Source of the DNA: Eledone cirrhosa
Taxonomy: Eukaryota
Reading direction: 5' to 3'
Assembly: GCA_964016885.1 (NCBI GenBank)
Contig: OZ024743.1
Coordinates: 32,488,001-32,552,000, forward strand
Length of the DNA stretch: 64,000 bases
Position 1 is the stretch's first letter. Each line of letters starts with the position of its first letter. Below are positions 39,493 through 52,697 of this stretch, piece after piece. The position numbers and the translations under genes were made by a program. The notes beneath the pieces are model-generated. The model was not told where the DNA came from, made no database searches, and saw only the letters and a list, made by a program, of their open reading frames with translations.

Positions 39493-39688
39493 GGCGGTGG
39501 ATTGGCAGTATCGGTAGAAGGTCGGACATGCTTTCCAGCATAGTTACGTCCCTTTACGATCTGAGCTCAAATCCCGCCGAGTTTAACTTTGCATTTCATC
39601 CTTACGGGGTCGATAAAATAAAGTACCAGTAATGTACCGGGTAATTGCTGGCCTTGTGCCAAAAGTAGAAACAAAAATTATTATTATA
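39493..39688 (+). mobile_element. SINE family 1 full-length copy
   Basis: ggcggtggattggcagtatcgg head through (ATT)n tail. Confidence 0.85.
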
Positions 39689-40228
39689 TATGTATATATA
39701 TATATATATATATATACATACACACACACACGATACCACTAAGGCACCGATCATTAAAACTCGCAGAAAACCTCGTAGGTGGCAATCTAAAGCTACATCG
39801 GTGTGAACTATAACATTTGCGTCATGTGTGTGTGTATACGCAAACACGTTTTGGTGCAATTACCTGTGAGAGAGGGAGAGAGCGAACGACTGTGTGCGTG
39901 TCTTTAGGTGACTAGTTTAACTATTTTACTTATTCTATGTTCGTATGTATGTCTGTATATGAACGATGTACGCACTTAAAACAATATGAGCCCACACTTA
40001 CTAAGTGAGGAAATAGATATCGAAATTCAGAAATAAAAACTTGCGAGTAGATGAAATAACATCTTTAAGCGAGCATTCCCTCGGTTAGAACGATGAATGT
40101 TCCAGTTGGTGCGATTAACGGAACAGCCTGCTCTTGAAATTAACGTGCAAGGGTCTCGTTTGCCTTAAAAATGTGGGGAGGACACACCAACATTTGTTGA
40201 TTCTTAAAGGAGTATAGCAAAATACTAG

Positions 40229-41144
40229 TGTGTATGAATGTAACAAGGAGACGTGGTTTGTGTGTATAATATTTAATAAACAATTTGTGGATATATAGAA
40301 AATTATAGTTGATGCGTCAATGAATAGATGAGAGAATGAAACAAAGTTATTAGTTACCGCTTGGTTGCCAGGGTTACACACGCCTGAGTGAGTACTCCTA
40401 GCGAAAGCCAGGATGCGCCTGACCGAAAAGGCCAAATGAGAGAGAGAGAGCTTAACGTTGTTGGTTTTATAGGGTTCTGACCGGAAGTTACAGAAAGGGT
40501 TCTACTTCCTGTCTATTGGGGTTGTGAGGTTCACAACAAGGGAGGCAACTCCTGCTACATTACTTCCCGCCAGATTTTTAGAATATAAAAATCGAATGAA
40601 ATATGTATGTAGCAAGTTGTCGAGAATGTTGTAACAGGCATGAAAATTACGAAAAAAAAAAAATAATAATAATGTTTGCAAAAATCAATGATAGATATCA
40701 AGGTAGCCAACCGCTCTTGGCCAGAGAACGACTGGACATCTATCTATCCATCACCCAAAGATACAATGTAATAAAGTAAGAGAAGAGCTCAAAGTTCAAA
40801 ATATAGTTCACAGGTGTGTATGAATGTAACAAGGAGACGTGGTTTGTGTGTATAATATTTAATAAACAATTTGTGGATATATAGAAAATTATAGTTGATG
40901 CGTCAATGAATAGATGAGAGAATGAAACAAAGTTATTATTACCGCTTGGTTGCCAGGGTTACACACGCCTGATTGAGGACTCCTGGCGAAAGCCAGGAGG
41001 CGCCTGACCGAAAAGGCCAAATGAGAGAGAGAGAGCTTAACGTTGTTAGTTTTATAGGGTTCTGACCGGAAGTTACAGAAAGGGTTCTACTTCCTGTCTA
41101 TTGGGGTTGTGAGTGTCACAACAAGGGAGGCAACTCCTGCTACA
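40229..41144 (-). mobile_element. Miniature LTR element (TRIM-like): two ~330-bp direct repeats with a 255-bp non-coding interior
   Basis: Repeats 40229-40559 and 40815-41144, TG...CA termini; minus-strand TATAAAA and ATTAAA; purine-rich GGCGGGAAGTAA just before the downstream repeat. Confidence 0.65.
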
Positions 41145-41987
41145 GGAGTATAAATTGCTTATAGTGCCTTTCTCGGACCCTATCACATAAGTAAAATTTT
41201 ACGCTAATTAAATTTTATATATTCAAATGAAGTTAGGATATAAAAAAATAAGCTTAAAAAGAATTTATTATATGAAATAAACAAAAAATAAAATATAGAC
41301 GTTTGAAAAAGTTGGGGGGACTTGTCCCCTGGTACCCCCCTGAAACAAGGCCCTTGCATACCCTGAACGTAGTTCTCAACGTGCCACATTGTGTGACAAG
41401 GCTGGCCCTTCGAATGACAGACACAACTTATTTTTGCCAGCTGAGTGGACTGGATCAACGTGAAATAAAATGTGTTGCTCAACCACACACCTTCACAATA
41501 ACATCTACCTAGAGGTTATTAAAAGACAGTATATCATTTCTAAGAGATACAAACGAAAGACAGAGTGCTGCAATTTTGAAAGAAGGATAAACGAAATCTT
41601 TGGAAATTTTCCTTTTCCAAAGATAACAGTCATTTAAAATGAGAAAAGATAAATTTACTTTCGATTTCAATACTCACACAAAAATATTCAACTAAAAACA
41701 CACAAAAAAAAAAAAAATACTTTGAAATAACTACAACAGCAAGAAAAATATTCCATGAATATTCTAAATATTAAAACACGTGCGTTATACTTCTTGTTCA
41801 TCAGTGTCTAATAAATAATTAGTATACGTGTGCTGACGGTTCCTAGAACTATGCAACACTTCGTCACATTCCACTAGCGATCGCTTACACTCACACCAAC
41901 TCAGGAATTGCGCCCGTCAGTGTGACGTAAGTGTGCTGACTTATTTAACACACACATTACCTATACACAAAATTCATGTGGAGAGAA

Positions 41988-42039
<52 letters not shown>

Positions 42040-42043
<4 letters not shown>

Positions 42044-42226
42044 ATTGTTTTTACTTTAGGCACAAGGCCAGCAATTATCCAGTGCATTACTGGTACTTTA
42101 TTTTATCGACTCCGTAAGGATGAAAGGCAAAGTCAACCTCGGCGGGATTTGAACTCAGGTCGTAAAGGGACGTAACTATGCTGGAAAGCATGGCGTCCGC
42201 ACCTCTACCGATACTGCCAATCCACT
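42040..42226 (-). mobile_element. SINE family 1 copy
   Basis: Same sequence as 8920-9112. Confidence 0.85.
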
Positions 42227-42476
42227 AGTAATAATAATAAATTTGAAGACTAAAATCCAAAGAGGGCTCGATAAGGATAAATATATATCAAATATATAAG
42301 AACCGTAGAGCAAATATTTCAGAAGATCCCGTTAAGGGTGAAAGTAGCGATTCTTTGCTTAAACTTTAATCTGTTATTTTAATATATATATATAGAGAGA
42401 GAGAGAGAGAAAGATGTTATATAATATATATATATATCCTTCTTTATTACTTCTACCAATTTACTTTTACTTTTAC

Positions 42477-42663
42477 CAAACGTTATCTTCGTTGTAGGAT
42501 CGGTTTTCATTCCTCCGAAACTCGTTCTTATAGCTAGGACAGTCCCATATGCTGCCACTTTACACCTAAATCCAGCCGGTATAACATCACATTCCGTACA
42601 ACAACAAGAGTTCTCAGTGTCTGAGAATGTAGAAGGTGGATCAGATAGATTTGGCATTCTCAT
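42477..42663 (-). CDS. Coding exon 1 of an unrecognised multi-exon host gene (MRMPNLSDPP...DPTTKITF)
   Basis: ATG at 42663 behind a CpG-rich leader; 187 nt = 62 codons + 1; donor TTTG|GTAAAA; phase 1 matches exon 2. Confidence 0.75.
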
Positions 42664-42760
42664 CTTAATTAAAAAGTGGACATTTCGCGTTCTTCACATC
42701 TGCGTTTACGTGAGCTGGCGAGTCTACTTTCCCTTCTTTTTTGCTACACCTCTGAGTTTC
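42664..42760 (-). promoter_or_regulatory. CpG-rich 5' leader/proximal promoter of the minus-strand gene
   Basis: Local CpG enrichment (cgcg, gcgt, tacgtg, ggcgag) directly upstream of the ATG in otherwise CpG-poor DNA. Confidence 0.45.
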
Positions 42761-43502
42761 TTACCATACTATATGAAAGGAATGGACCTCCATCGGTTTC
42801 TATGATGAGTATTCAAACTGTTCGATCTACAGAACAACATGCTTATGAATTTAACATGTAAGTGGTGGAGCATTCTACTGGTACGTGCGCCTTTGAACGG
42901 GATTCAGCGTGGTAATGTACGATACGACTGACCCTTTGAATTACAGGTACAATCCATCCAGCGGGCTTTTAGGTTCCATCTGCCCATCGTTGGATAAAAG
43001 TGAATTTTAATTGGTAGAAGTCGAGTCGATCACAATATTGATTGGTAGAACTCGATCTCAATATTTGATCGATCCCGGAAACAGATAACCTACGCGATAC
43101 AATCGATTTTTGCCGCCTTCGCCTTGTGGTTTTCTGATATTTTTTGCACAGCCTCAATTTATACACAAAGATTATAGTCGATTAAATGGAGCCAGGGTAT
43201 TGTTTTATCATTGAAGATAATTTATCCAGCCTACAGGTACAAAAAAGTAAAGCTGATCCCGGAGCGATTAGTAATATTCAGAATTGTAAGGGACGAGACA
43301 AACTACTGGCTCTTTATCATGTTTACAAACCCATCATTCAGAGACTATATGAGAAGTCCGTAAATGTTTAACGCCTTAAAAAAAAAAAAAAAAAAAAAAT
43401 CAGCCCCATTGAATTTTACGCGAGGCTTCCCCACTTCTCGTGGTCTGAAAGCTGGCTTTGTTCCGCCTTATAACTTTTTATCTGTGACCCCCTCCCCACA
43501 TG

Positions 43503-44730
43503 ATAATAATGGTTTCTACTTTTGGCACAAGGCCAGCAATTATCCAGTGCATTACTGGTACTTTATTTTATCGACCCCGTAAGGATGAAAGGCAAAGTTA
43601 ACCTCGGCGGGATTAGAACTCGGATCATAAAGGGCCGTAACTCTATGCTGCAAAGCATGGCGTCCGACCCGCTACCGATACTGACAATCAACCAATAATA
43701 ATAGTTTCTAACATAGGCTCGAGGCCAGAAATTTGGGTGAAGGATTAGTCAACTAATGGATCCCATATGGAAGGATGGATGGCAAAGTTGACATCGTCGA
43801 AATTTCCGCCCAGAACGTGAAGTGCGAGAGAAAATATTGCCAGGTCGACCCTTTAAAGATTCTGTCAATCCACTCCCCTACATATAATTGTTTCTACTTT
43901 TGGAACAAGGCTAGCAATTATCCCAGTGTATTACTGGTACTTTATTTTATCGATCCCGTAAGGATGAAAGGCAAAGTTAACCTCGGCGGGACTTGAACAC
44001 AGAATGGCAAGGGCCGTAACTCTATGCGTTAAAGCATGGCGTCTGACCCTCTACCGATACTGCCAATTCACTACATAATGGGTTCTAATTTAGGTTCACT
44101 GACAGCAATTTGGGGTGACGGGGAATATCGATTAAATCGACCTCGGAAAGGATGAAAGGTAAAGTTGATCTCGGTGGGATTTGAACTCAGAACAAATAAT
44201 ACCTATCCACTTCCCTACATATAATATATATAATAATTGTTTCTTCTTTTGGCACAAGGCCAGCAATTATCCAGTGCATTACTGGTACTTTATTTTATCG
44301 ACCCCGTAAGGATGAAAGGCAAAGTTAACCTCGACGGGATTTGATTCTGATTTAGGCACCAGGTCAATAATTTGGGGGAAGGGAAAGGTCGATTAAATCG
44401 ACTTCAGTGAGTTACTGGTATTTTATTTCATTGACCCTGTAAGGATAAAAGGCAAAGCTAACCCCGGCGATATTTGAACTCAGAACGTAAAGCAAATTGT
44501 TCGACGCAAAGCATATTGTCCAACGCTCCTAATAATAATTGTTTCTACTTTAGGCACAAGGCCAGCAATCACCCAGTGCATTACTGGTACTTTATTTTAT
44601 CGACCCCGTAAGGATGAAAGGCAAAGTTAACCTCGGCGGGATTTGAACTCAGATCATAAAGGGACGTAACTATGCTGGAAAGCATGGCGTCCGACCCTCT
44701 ACCGATACTCCCAATCAACGCTCCTAATAA
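43503..44730 (-). mobile_element. Head-to-tail cluster of about seven SINE family 1 and variant copies
   Basis: Repeated aaggatgaaaggcaaagtt core near 43580, 43780, 43960, 44150, 44310, 44440 and 44610, all on the same strand. Confidence 0.85.
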
Positions 44731-44734
44731 TAAT

Positions 44735-45045
44735 GATTTCTTTATTAACCTCAAAGGGTTCACACGGACAACACATTAACGACGGTACAGGACGATAGTG
44801 TGGGGTTTTCATGTAAAAAGGGTGTTTCACTAAACAAACATGTAAAAGAACTTAAAACAACCCCCACCCCTCCCTTAAAAAAAAGAAATTCCCCAATAGG
44901 AGGTTGATTCCGGGGGCCCTTCGAAGAGAAAGTTCACAAACGTCACAGTCACCCGACCGCTAGGGCAAACACACCCTCCCAGTAGGCCTCCTCTAATCAA
45001 CAGGCTCGTATTCAGAGCAGGTCCGTTCGCTCACCATGCCAAGAC
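44735..45045 (-). mobile_element. Possible LINE (Tx1/L1-like) 3' UTR fragment
   Basis: T-rich minus strand ending gttaataaagaaat + (ATT)n; no diagnostic coding motif. Confidence 0.35.
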
Positions 45046-45234
45046 CACAAATTTGAGTCGTGTTTATTGAAAAGATGAAGGCAATAAAATAAAAATGGAT
45101 GAAATTCAGAATGTAGATAAAACTAATTACTATACGGCTTTTAATCCGATGTTGCTCTACTGCTTCAGCTTTCCCACTGCTACCATCATCTCAGTAATAA
45201 TCTCTTGGTTATAATATATTGGTACCTTAGTTAA

Positions 45235-45610
45235 TAGCAGGGTAAGAGCAGATGTCTCATCTGGGACGGCACAGTCAGTGATTCTTTTGCTCTCTCCCAC
45301 ATCGTGGTTGTCGCAGTAAATGTGAGGATTTCTGCTTCCATTGCCGAACGGAATAAAATCCTAAAATACCGGGAACTATCAAATAACTATTTTTTCCAGC
45401 CTGTGGCGTTCGAGACGTTTGTTGGAGCTGGGCCACTGACAGCGAAGTTCTTGTCATCGCTAGTGGCTCGCCTTACCGAGGTGTCAGGTGATGTCCGTGA
45501 GGGTTCCTGGTTGTTTCAGCTCCTTAGCCTTGCCATCACCCGTGGTAATGATGCGAACGTGTTGGCTTGCCTTAAATTTTCCGTTGGCGATTGTCGCACT
45601 TTGTGTTGAA
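45235..45610 (+). mobile_element. CRE-clade retrotransposon C-terminal REL fragment
   Basis: AERNKILKY...FQPVAFETFVGAGP...FLSSL...REGSWLFQLLSLAITRGN. Confidence 0.78.
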
Positions 45611-45899
45611 ATAATGGTATTTTTTTAAGGGGGGGGGGTCTTTTTTCTCGCGTTGATCATATGTATATTTATGCATCATATTTGTGAGGTTCCCAGCAAT
45701 AATTAATTGTATTTATTATATGTGTTTATATTTTCATTCTGTAAGAAATATTAGCAATTTGTAATGTCATTTATACAACTATGAATAATAAAAATGATAA
45801 ACGTTAATAGGAAAGAAAAATTGTGTTCTGTGAAATGAATTATTTTTAAACGAGAATTGAAACCGGTTCGCCAACTCTTCATTTATTGAAGTCTGACAT

Positions 45900-46366
45900 C
45901 AACTCAGCATCTTTCACCACATTTTCTTTACAGCGCAGTTCTTATTAATTGTTTACGTCTATTGTTTTTCTTTATTACCGTGTGAAAAGGTCTCCCCACC
46001 TCTGATTCCACTTCTGTCTGTATAGAATTGTGTGTGTGTGACTGGAGCGAGAAATAAGCTGTTGAAAGAGAAAGAATTACAAACTAAAAGTTTCGTTCGG
46101 ATATCCAAAACTTTGAAAGCATCTTTCCCTCTTTCTCTCTCTGTCTCTTACTCTCTTTTTCGGCTACATTAACTGTTGCTGCAGCGCAGTTGTTTGTTTT
46201 TCGTGATGATGTTGTTGTTGTACTTGTAGCATTCACAAGCTTTTGCTGTAGTTGGTTTTATATTATCGGTGTTTATTATTTGTTACAAAACAAAACAAAA
46301 AAGCCAACATTTCGATTAACACTGCCAGCTTAGAAGATTTCTTAACAACTAAAGCAAAAAGTAAGT
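45900..46366 (+). promoter_or_regulatory. Probable promoter/non-coding first exon of a divergent plus-strand gene
   Basis: Non-repetitive CpG-containing sequence with CT-rich tracts, ending in consensus donor AAAA|GTAAGT at 46361; LINEs downstream are mostly minus-strand. Confidence 0.35.
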
Positions 46367-48272
46367 TATTCTTCAATTTTCTTCGCCATGCTTTCAACAC
46401 ACACCCTTCCCCCACACATACACACTACTTGATATTATGTATACCTGTCTCTCACTTTCTTCCGTTTCTTTCTAATTCTTTTTCTCTCTTTCATCATTTA
46501 TATTTCTATCGTCCGCCTCTGTGGCTTATATTTTCATTTTCCTTTTAAAACAATTGTCTTGTAATTGGTAACTAAATCTAACAGGTTTTTCTTTTGTTTT
46601 GTTTAGTTGTTTTTAAATCAATGTTCCTTTTTTTTAAATACATCGACTGAACTTTACATATAAGTACATATGTATGTATGTACATGTGTTTGTGTGTATG
46701 AAAGAGAGACAAGGGGAGAAAGAGAGGATATGTATAAATAGTGTATAGATTGGTTCTTCGATTTTTCTCTTTAGATAAGTTTCGAGATAGAGAAGGAGAG
46801 AAAAAAAACTACAGACAGAAGGAGAGAGAGAGAGAGTTAGTACATGTTAGCAGGGTGGCACGCGTATACTTGTGTCATGTACGAGTGGTTGTTTGTATAC
46901 GACTCCACCACACCACATGCACTACATACAAACAATCGTCGTATCTAGGTGTGTCGTGTTTACTAGCTCGGCGTCACACAACGGTAACAGTCACACATTT
47001 ATTGTAGTTTAATTTTAAAATTGTGTGGTATATATTTGACAGAGTGTGTATATATGGATGAGGAATCAGTGACTATGATGAGGGAGGTTATTGGGTAGGT
47101 TACTGGGTTTGTTTATTTATTTATTTAATTTATAATATATTTCTTATATTTCATACCTTTGTTTCTGTCAATTGAAGCCTGGAGTACGTAGACACAAACT
47201 TATACACGCATATTCACATATAATGACATAAATAAACATACACATATGTACAAATAAAAACAAATGCATATAAAAAAAAGGAAATGAGAATACAAAAAGC
47301 AACTTGTTAAAATACCGATACATACACAAATACACAGAACTGCATGTTCTAACTAAAACACTGATACACACAAACAGACCTGTAAACATTAATACGCACA
47401 AACCTTTAAATAAACACAGTCGAAGAAATAACGACACACATACACACGTGCCGACACAAACGAACACACACACACAGCCTCACATGTAGACGTAAACACG
47501 TAGACTTTGCATAAACAAAGTGCAAACACTGTCATACTGGTAATTAAATACACACTCAAACAATTTCTAAAACTATTTACTGTTAACTATTAAACTATTT
47601 GGGAAGTGTCCAGTGAATTAGTTTATACTACAATGAGGCAGGGTGGCCAGTGATTGCATTTCAGTGGTCAGTGTACCGTTATTGTTAAACACCGTGCTAA
47701 ACCAGGAGTCCAATGATCAAAGACGTTCCAGCCGGGATCATTATGATTTTTTTTTCCAGACAATATTTGGATTATCCAAAATGTTCACCGGACATAATGT
47801 ATCTATGGATTAATTTTACCGATACAGACCCTTCTAAGTTTCTTCAGATTACGGATTTTACCATAATGTATCTAAGAATACCCCATCCAATGTCTCGCTC
47901 CTTTATATATGACGATCAAGGAGATTTGGCTGCGATTTCTAGGAGGTCTCTCCTTGTTATTGTTTAGTCCCAAAAGGATGGTGGATTGGCGAAGTCATTA
48001 GAACGTTGAACAAATGCTTAGCAATACTTTGTTCTGGCGTCTGGCGCTTTACATTCAGAGTTCAAATCCTACCGAGGTCAACTTTACCATTTATCATTCC
48101 GAGGTCGATTACTGGGGTAGAGTTAATCGACTTTCCCTGCCCTTAAAATTGCTGGCCTTGTGCCAAACATAGAAATCATTGTTAAGCCCTTGATCAAGTA
48201 AGCATATGACTAAAGAGATTCTAGTCACCACCATCCAGTGTAATCTGAGGGAGATTTATCTACTATTTGTAG

Positions 48273-48462
48273 CAGGCATGTCAAACATGTGGCCCTTTAC
48301 AAATACACGTGCGGCCTCCACAAAGGTTTTTTATAGCGCGAGCATAATATAAAATTAAAAAATGTTAGTTGTAATGTGGGCAATTAGTTGTCGTGTGTGG
48401 CCCTTAGACAACACATATGTGACCCATGTGGCCCTCAAGGGGCCCTCAGTTTGACATGCCTG
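48273..48462. mobile_element. hAT (Charlie-like) MITE
   Basis: Perfect 14-bp TIR CAGGCATGTCAAAC; 8-bp TSD atttgtag/atttatag. Confidence 0.85.
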
Positions 48463-49564
48463 ATTTATAGTATCCCAAGCTACCAGTTAGTGACTGTCAT
48501 TGTATCATTGAGTTCCTTCTGGCTATACTGTGTTGGTCTGTGTATTGAGGGTCATGCGACTGTGGTGTAGTGGTCAGTAGACTGTTTTCACTTGTTGGAG
48601 ACAGGGACATCAACATTATAGGCCTCCAAGCAAGGCAATGCACTGAGGCTCTTACATACACAACCACTATATATATAGATTACCATTGAGCCCCTGTAAG
48701 CCCCTTGTTGTGGTGGACCCCTGAGCTACTTCCCAGTGTGGCCATGCCTTAAGATGGCACTAGTTAGGGGAAATGGTCAGAGTACTGAGATAGCAGCTGG
48801 AATTGGTCAATGTAATGTGGTTACAGTTTGGAGTTGTTATGGTTAGTGTGAGTGGAGTGGTGAGTTTATTGTAATCAAGCTCATGTAAAGCTGGTAATAA
48901 ACTCAAGCTAGATGTGAGATATAGGCCATTTCAAACTGCTGTTTTAGTGATCAGTGATAAATACATATGATTTATTTATGTATGGACTATAGCTATATAC
49001 ATGTATAAGTAGTGTACATAATGTACTTACAAGTAACAAAACACCCTCTCTGGAATAAATGGAAGGAGAAAACAAAAGAACTAGACTGATTGATAAAAAT
49101 AAAAAGGCAATTCTTTACCAAAGTGCCCCACTCATTTGCCTTAAACATGGGGATTAAACTTCTTACAGGGGATGAGGTCTCTTGGAGAATTATAGGCTCA
49201 TGCCAACTGACCAACCTAACTCCATCTCTTCTCTGGCTCACGTTATCTAAGGGAGTGAGGAGTTAGTATGGTTACACTAGAGTTTCAGTTGGTCAGTGTA
49301 CTCTGGTTATACTACATTGTAGGAAATTAGTGTAATGTGAGAATTTGTGAAGGATGATGGGCTCGTAATTGTATGGTTGTAAGTTCAATTCCTGGACTGG
49401 ATGGTACATTGTATCCTTGAGCAAGACACTTTATTTTACATTTCTCTGCTCAACTCAGCTGGAAAAAATGATTTGCAAGACACTGGAGCCAAGCTGTATC
49501 AGCCATTTTTTTTTTTTCCTTGAACAACATCTGTTGCATAAAGAGGATACTGCCATGCATTGAT

Positions 49565-49825
49565 GCAAGGCTGGATTAACCACTAAGCTAAATAAGTTCA
49601 TTCTTAGGGCACCAACAGAAGGTGGCACCATTTTATTCAAATTATCTGTATTTGTCATTACAATTTTTTTTTTACAGACTTTGTATATGAAGGTCACCAT
49701 AATCTTTTAAGTGTTTAAGGCATCAAGAAGGACTTAATCAATATTGGAAATATATAAATGTTATAAATAAAAGTCATATCATAACAGTGTAGGTTCTCAC
49801 TACAAAAAAAATGGGTTGATTGCAT
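49565..49825 (+). repeat. Dispersed repeat (hAT-like start AGGGCTG.ATTAACC), second copy at ~55394-55660
   Basis: Shared ggcaccattttattcaaatt, aaggacttaatc, atattggaaatatata, gggttgattgc. Confidence 0.6.
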
Positions 49826-49899
49826 GGGTGACTGTTAATCTTCCAATGCACTTTGGAGAGGAACTTTCTAGGTGCAAGACCCATGGTCAGAGAAGCTGT

Positions 49900-50312
49900 T
49901 TTTTAATGGTGACACTATAGTGTGGTAGAGTCTTATGTGTACCATAATTACAAGTGGCTGAATGTATCAGTGTACACTGGCTATTACACTGCAGTAAAGT
50001 GGTTACTGTAATTACAACTGGGTGAGTGTGTCAGTGTACTCTGGTTATTACACTGTAGTGTGATAAAGTGGTAAGTGTACCATAATTATAACTGGGAGAA
50101 TGTATCAGTGTACACTGGTTATTACACTGTAGTGTGATAAAGTGGTAAGTGTACCATAATTATAACTGGGAGAATGTATCAGTGTACACTGGTTATTACA
50201 CTGTAGTGTGATAAAGTAGTAAGTGTACCATAATTATAACTGGGAGAATGTATCAGTGTACACTGGTTATTACACTGTAGTGTGATAAAGTGGTAAGTGT
50301 ACCATAACTACA
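49900..50312. repeat. 74-bp minisatellite, about 4 near-identical units plus degenerate upstream units
   Basis: tgtatcagtgtacactggttattacactgtagtgtgataaagtggtaagtgtaccataattataactgggagaa at 50101, 50175, 50249. Confidence 0.92.
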
Positions 50313-50641
50313 GCGAGAGTAACATTGTCAGTATAGTAATGTAACACTTAAGAAAAAAATGTTCTTGAAGTTCGTTGATCTTTTAACAAAGATGTTGCTA
50401 TGTGTGAAGAGGAGATATTAGGTGTAACATATTGTGACATCCAATGTAAGATCAATGTATCTTTGTATATACCTTGTCATATATCTATGAATACATGTTT
50501 GTCTAAGGTGGAGTATTGTCTATAATGCAAGATTTTACAGTATCCAACACATGGAGGAATAGTAAAATATATTTATTCTCATTGGGTACTGATATCTTGG
50601 AGATTAAGATATCTTTTAGGAATATTGCTAATCATTTAATG

Positions 50642-50994
50642 CTGAGTTTCTCAAACATTTAGCCCCCCCCCCCTCATCCCCTTCACGGCCATGTAATACC
50701 CTCAGCTCCCCCAACCCTATTTTCAGAGAGACCTGCCTACACGTAAATTGTAAATAATATATAATAAATAAAACCATTAATTTATATATAATAAATAATA
50801 TAATATATACTATGTATAAATAAATATATATTTTTTTATATTACTCTATTTATATATAATATGTATCATTTGATATTAAATAAACTATTATATCATCTCT
50901 TCCACCCCCTTGGGCCCCAGCACCCCTGGACCTTTTCAATGCCCCATCCCCTGGGGGAGGGGGGCGGCAGTAGCACCCACTTTGAGAACCTCTG
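50642..50994. mobile_element. hAT MITE
   Basis: TIR ctgagtttctcaaa / tttgagaacctctg; perfect 8-bp TSD atttaatg. Confidence 0.8.
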
Positions 50995-52224
50995 ATTTAA
51001 TGGTAGAATCAGAGTGTATAAGAAGCAGATTGTAGCTGACAACCAAGTAATGGACTGGAGACTGCCACCTAATTTCTTATGAAGGCCAATTATATTTGTT
51101 AAGGTTTGAGAGTTCATTTTTTTCTCTAGAATCCCTAAACCTCTTTCAACACACCCCTCAAGTAGGTTCAACTACTTGAAATCATTGACTCAATTAGGTG
51201 TATGCATTGCACCCCCTACTCCAACTTTAGACTTTTCCTTCCACTTCAAACAGTATGAATTAATTGTTAATTAGGTGATTTTACATAAGATGAATTAAAA
51301 TGAGGATATTAAGAGAAAGAATGAGCTTTTTTACAGATGCCTCATATTTGAGGGATTAGGTTAACTATCTTCTTCTCATAGGTTTATATTGGCTTTATTG
51401 TACAGCAACTATTAGTTTCAAAATGTCTTTTGTGCATTATAAAATATCAGTAAATACATTGGTGTCTTGCTGGATGGGTCAATAAGTTGCTGAACTCTCA
51501 ATTAAAATGTTGACAGAAGAATTCAATAAATTTAGTTACTGAATGGTGTGAAGACTCTTGTTTTAAACCCAAGTCCAGTGGACCCTAAACTGGTCGATAT
51601 TAACCTCTAGAGGTCAACAGACCCACTCAGAGGTTAAGATGTCAGGCTGTAAAACCCTGTTCAATTCATGCCGGCATGGAAAAGCAGACATAAAGACTTT
51701 TCATTTATCAATTAAATGAAAAATAATGACTGAAATTCTTAAATATGTTTTTTTATATGGATTTTGAAATATTGAATGATGATTTGATTAAGGATGGTAT
51801 TGTGAATTAATTGCCTTCTTTAATAAACAGAATAAAATAGTTTCACCACTATTTCAACTTGTAAACTTTAGATCAATAAAAAAAAATACTAGACAACACT
51901 AATGCAATTTTCTGTGTTAGCAATATTGGTTGTATGAGTCAGAAGGACAAGGTTTTGTGTGGAAGACCTGTAATGACTGAAGACATTAAAAATGCTGTGT
52001 GTAGTTAAGAAAGAGATTGCATTGAAGTAGTAAATAAAGTAGCATTCTTTACTTAGTCAATATAGTATTACGAAGGTTAGGTAGCTTCTCCAAAACATTC
52101 AACTACTGTTAACTCTTCATAAAGAACAAATAAACTTCCCCATGAACACACTTGTCTCATTTGCCCCCCCCCCCCCCTCCATATCCTACACTAGGCGGCA
52201 AATTGGAAGAGTCGTTAGAACATT

Positions 52225-52595
52225 GGATAGAATGCTTTAAGGTATTCATTACTGGTACTTTATTTTATCGACCCCGTAAGGATGAAAGGCAAAGTCAACC
52301 TCGGCGCGATTTGAACTCAGATCGTAAAGGGACTTAACTATGCTGGAAAGCATGGTGTCCGACCCTCTACCGATACTGCCAATCCAAATGGTTTCTGATT
52401 TAAGCACAGGACCAATAATTTTAGAGGAGGGGAAAGTCGATTAAATTGACCCGTGTCTTACTGGTGCTTTATTTTATCGACCCCGTAAGGATAAAAGGCA
52501 AAGCTTTCCTTGGCTGGTTTTGAACTCAGAATGTAAAGGGTCATAACTCTATGCCACAAAACATGTTGTCCGATGCTCTACCAATTCTGTCAGTA
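52225..52595 (-). mobile_element. Two tandem SINE family 1/variant copies
   Basis: Core aggatgaaaggcaaag twice. Confidence 0.8.
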
Positions 52596-52697
52596 ATGCA
52601 AATATAATAACATGCAAAAGCCAGTGTTTAAAAGGGTTATTTATGGTTACATGGACGTCATGTTAGGGTCGTTCAGCAATGCAACTGTGGTGTTCTA

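Noticed and set aside
40380-40436. CTGA..GA and two GAAA motifs in the LTR-like repeat as a retrozyme hammerhead
   Set aside because: Core spacing is wrong (CTGAGTGA/CTGATTGA), the first GAAA is a tetraloop, and there is no NUH with stem III
50027-50312. CRISPR-like array
   Set aside because: Units repeat entirely with no unique spacers; eukaryotic context
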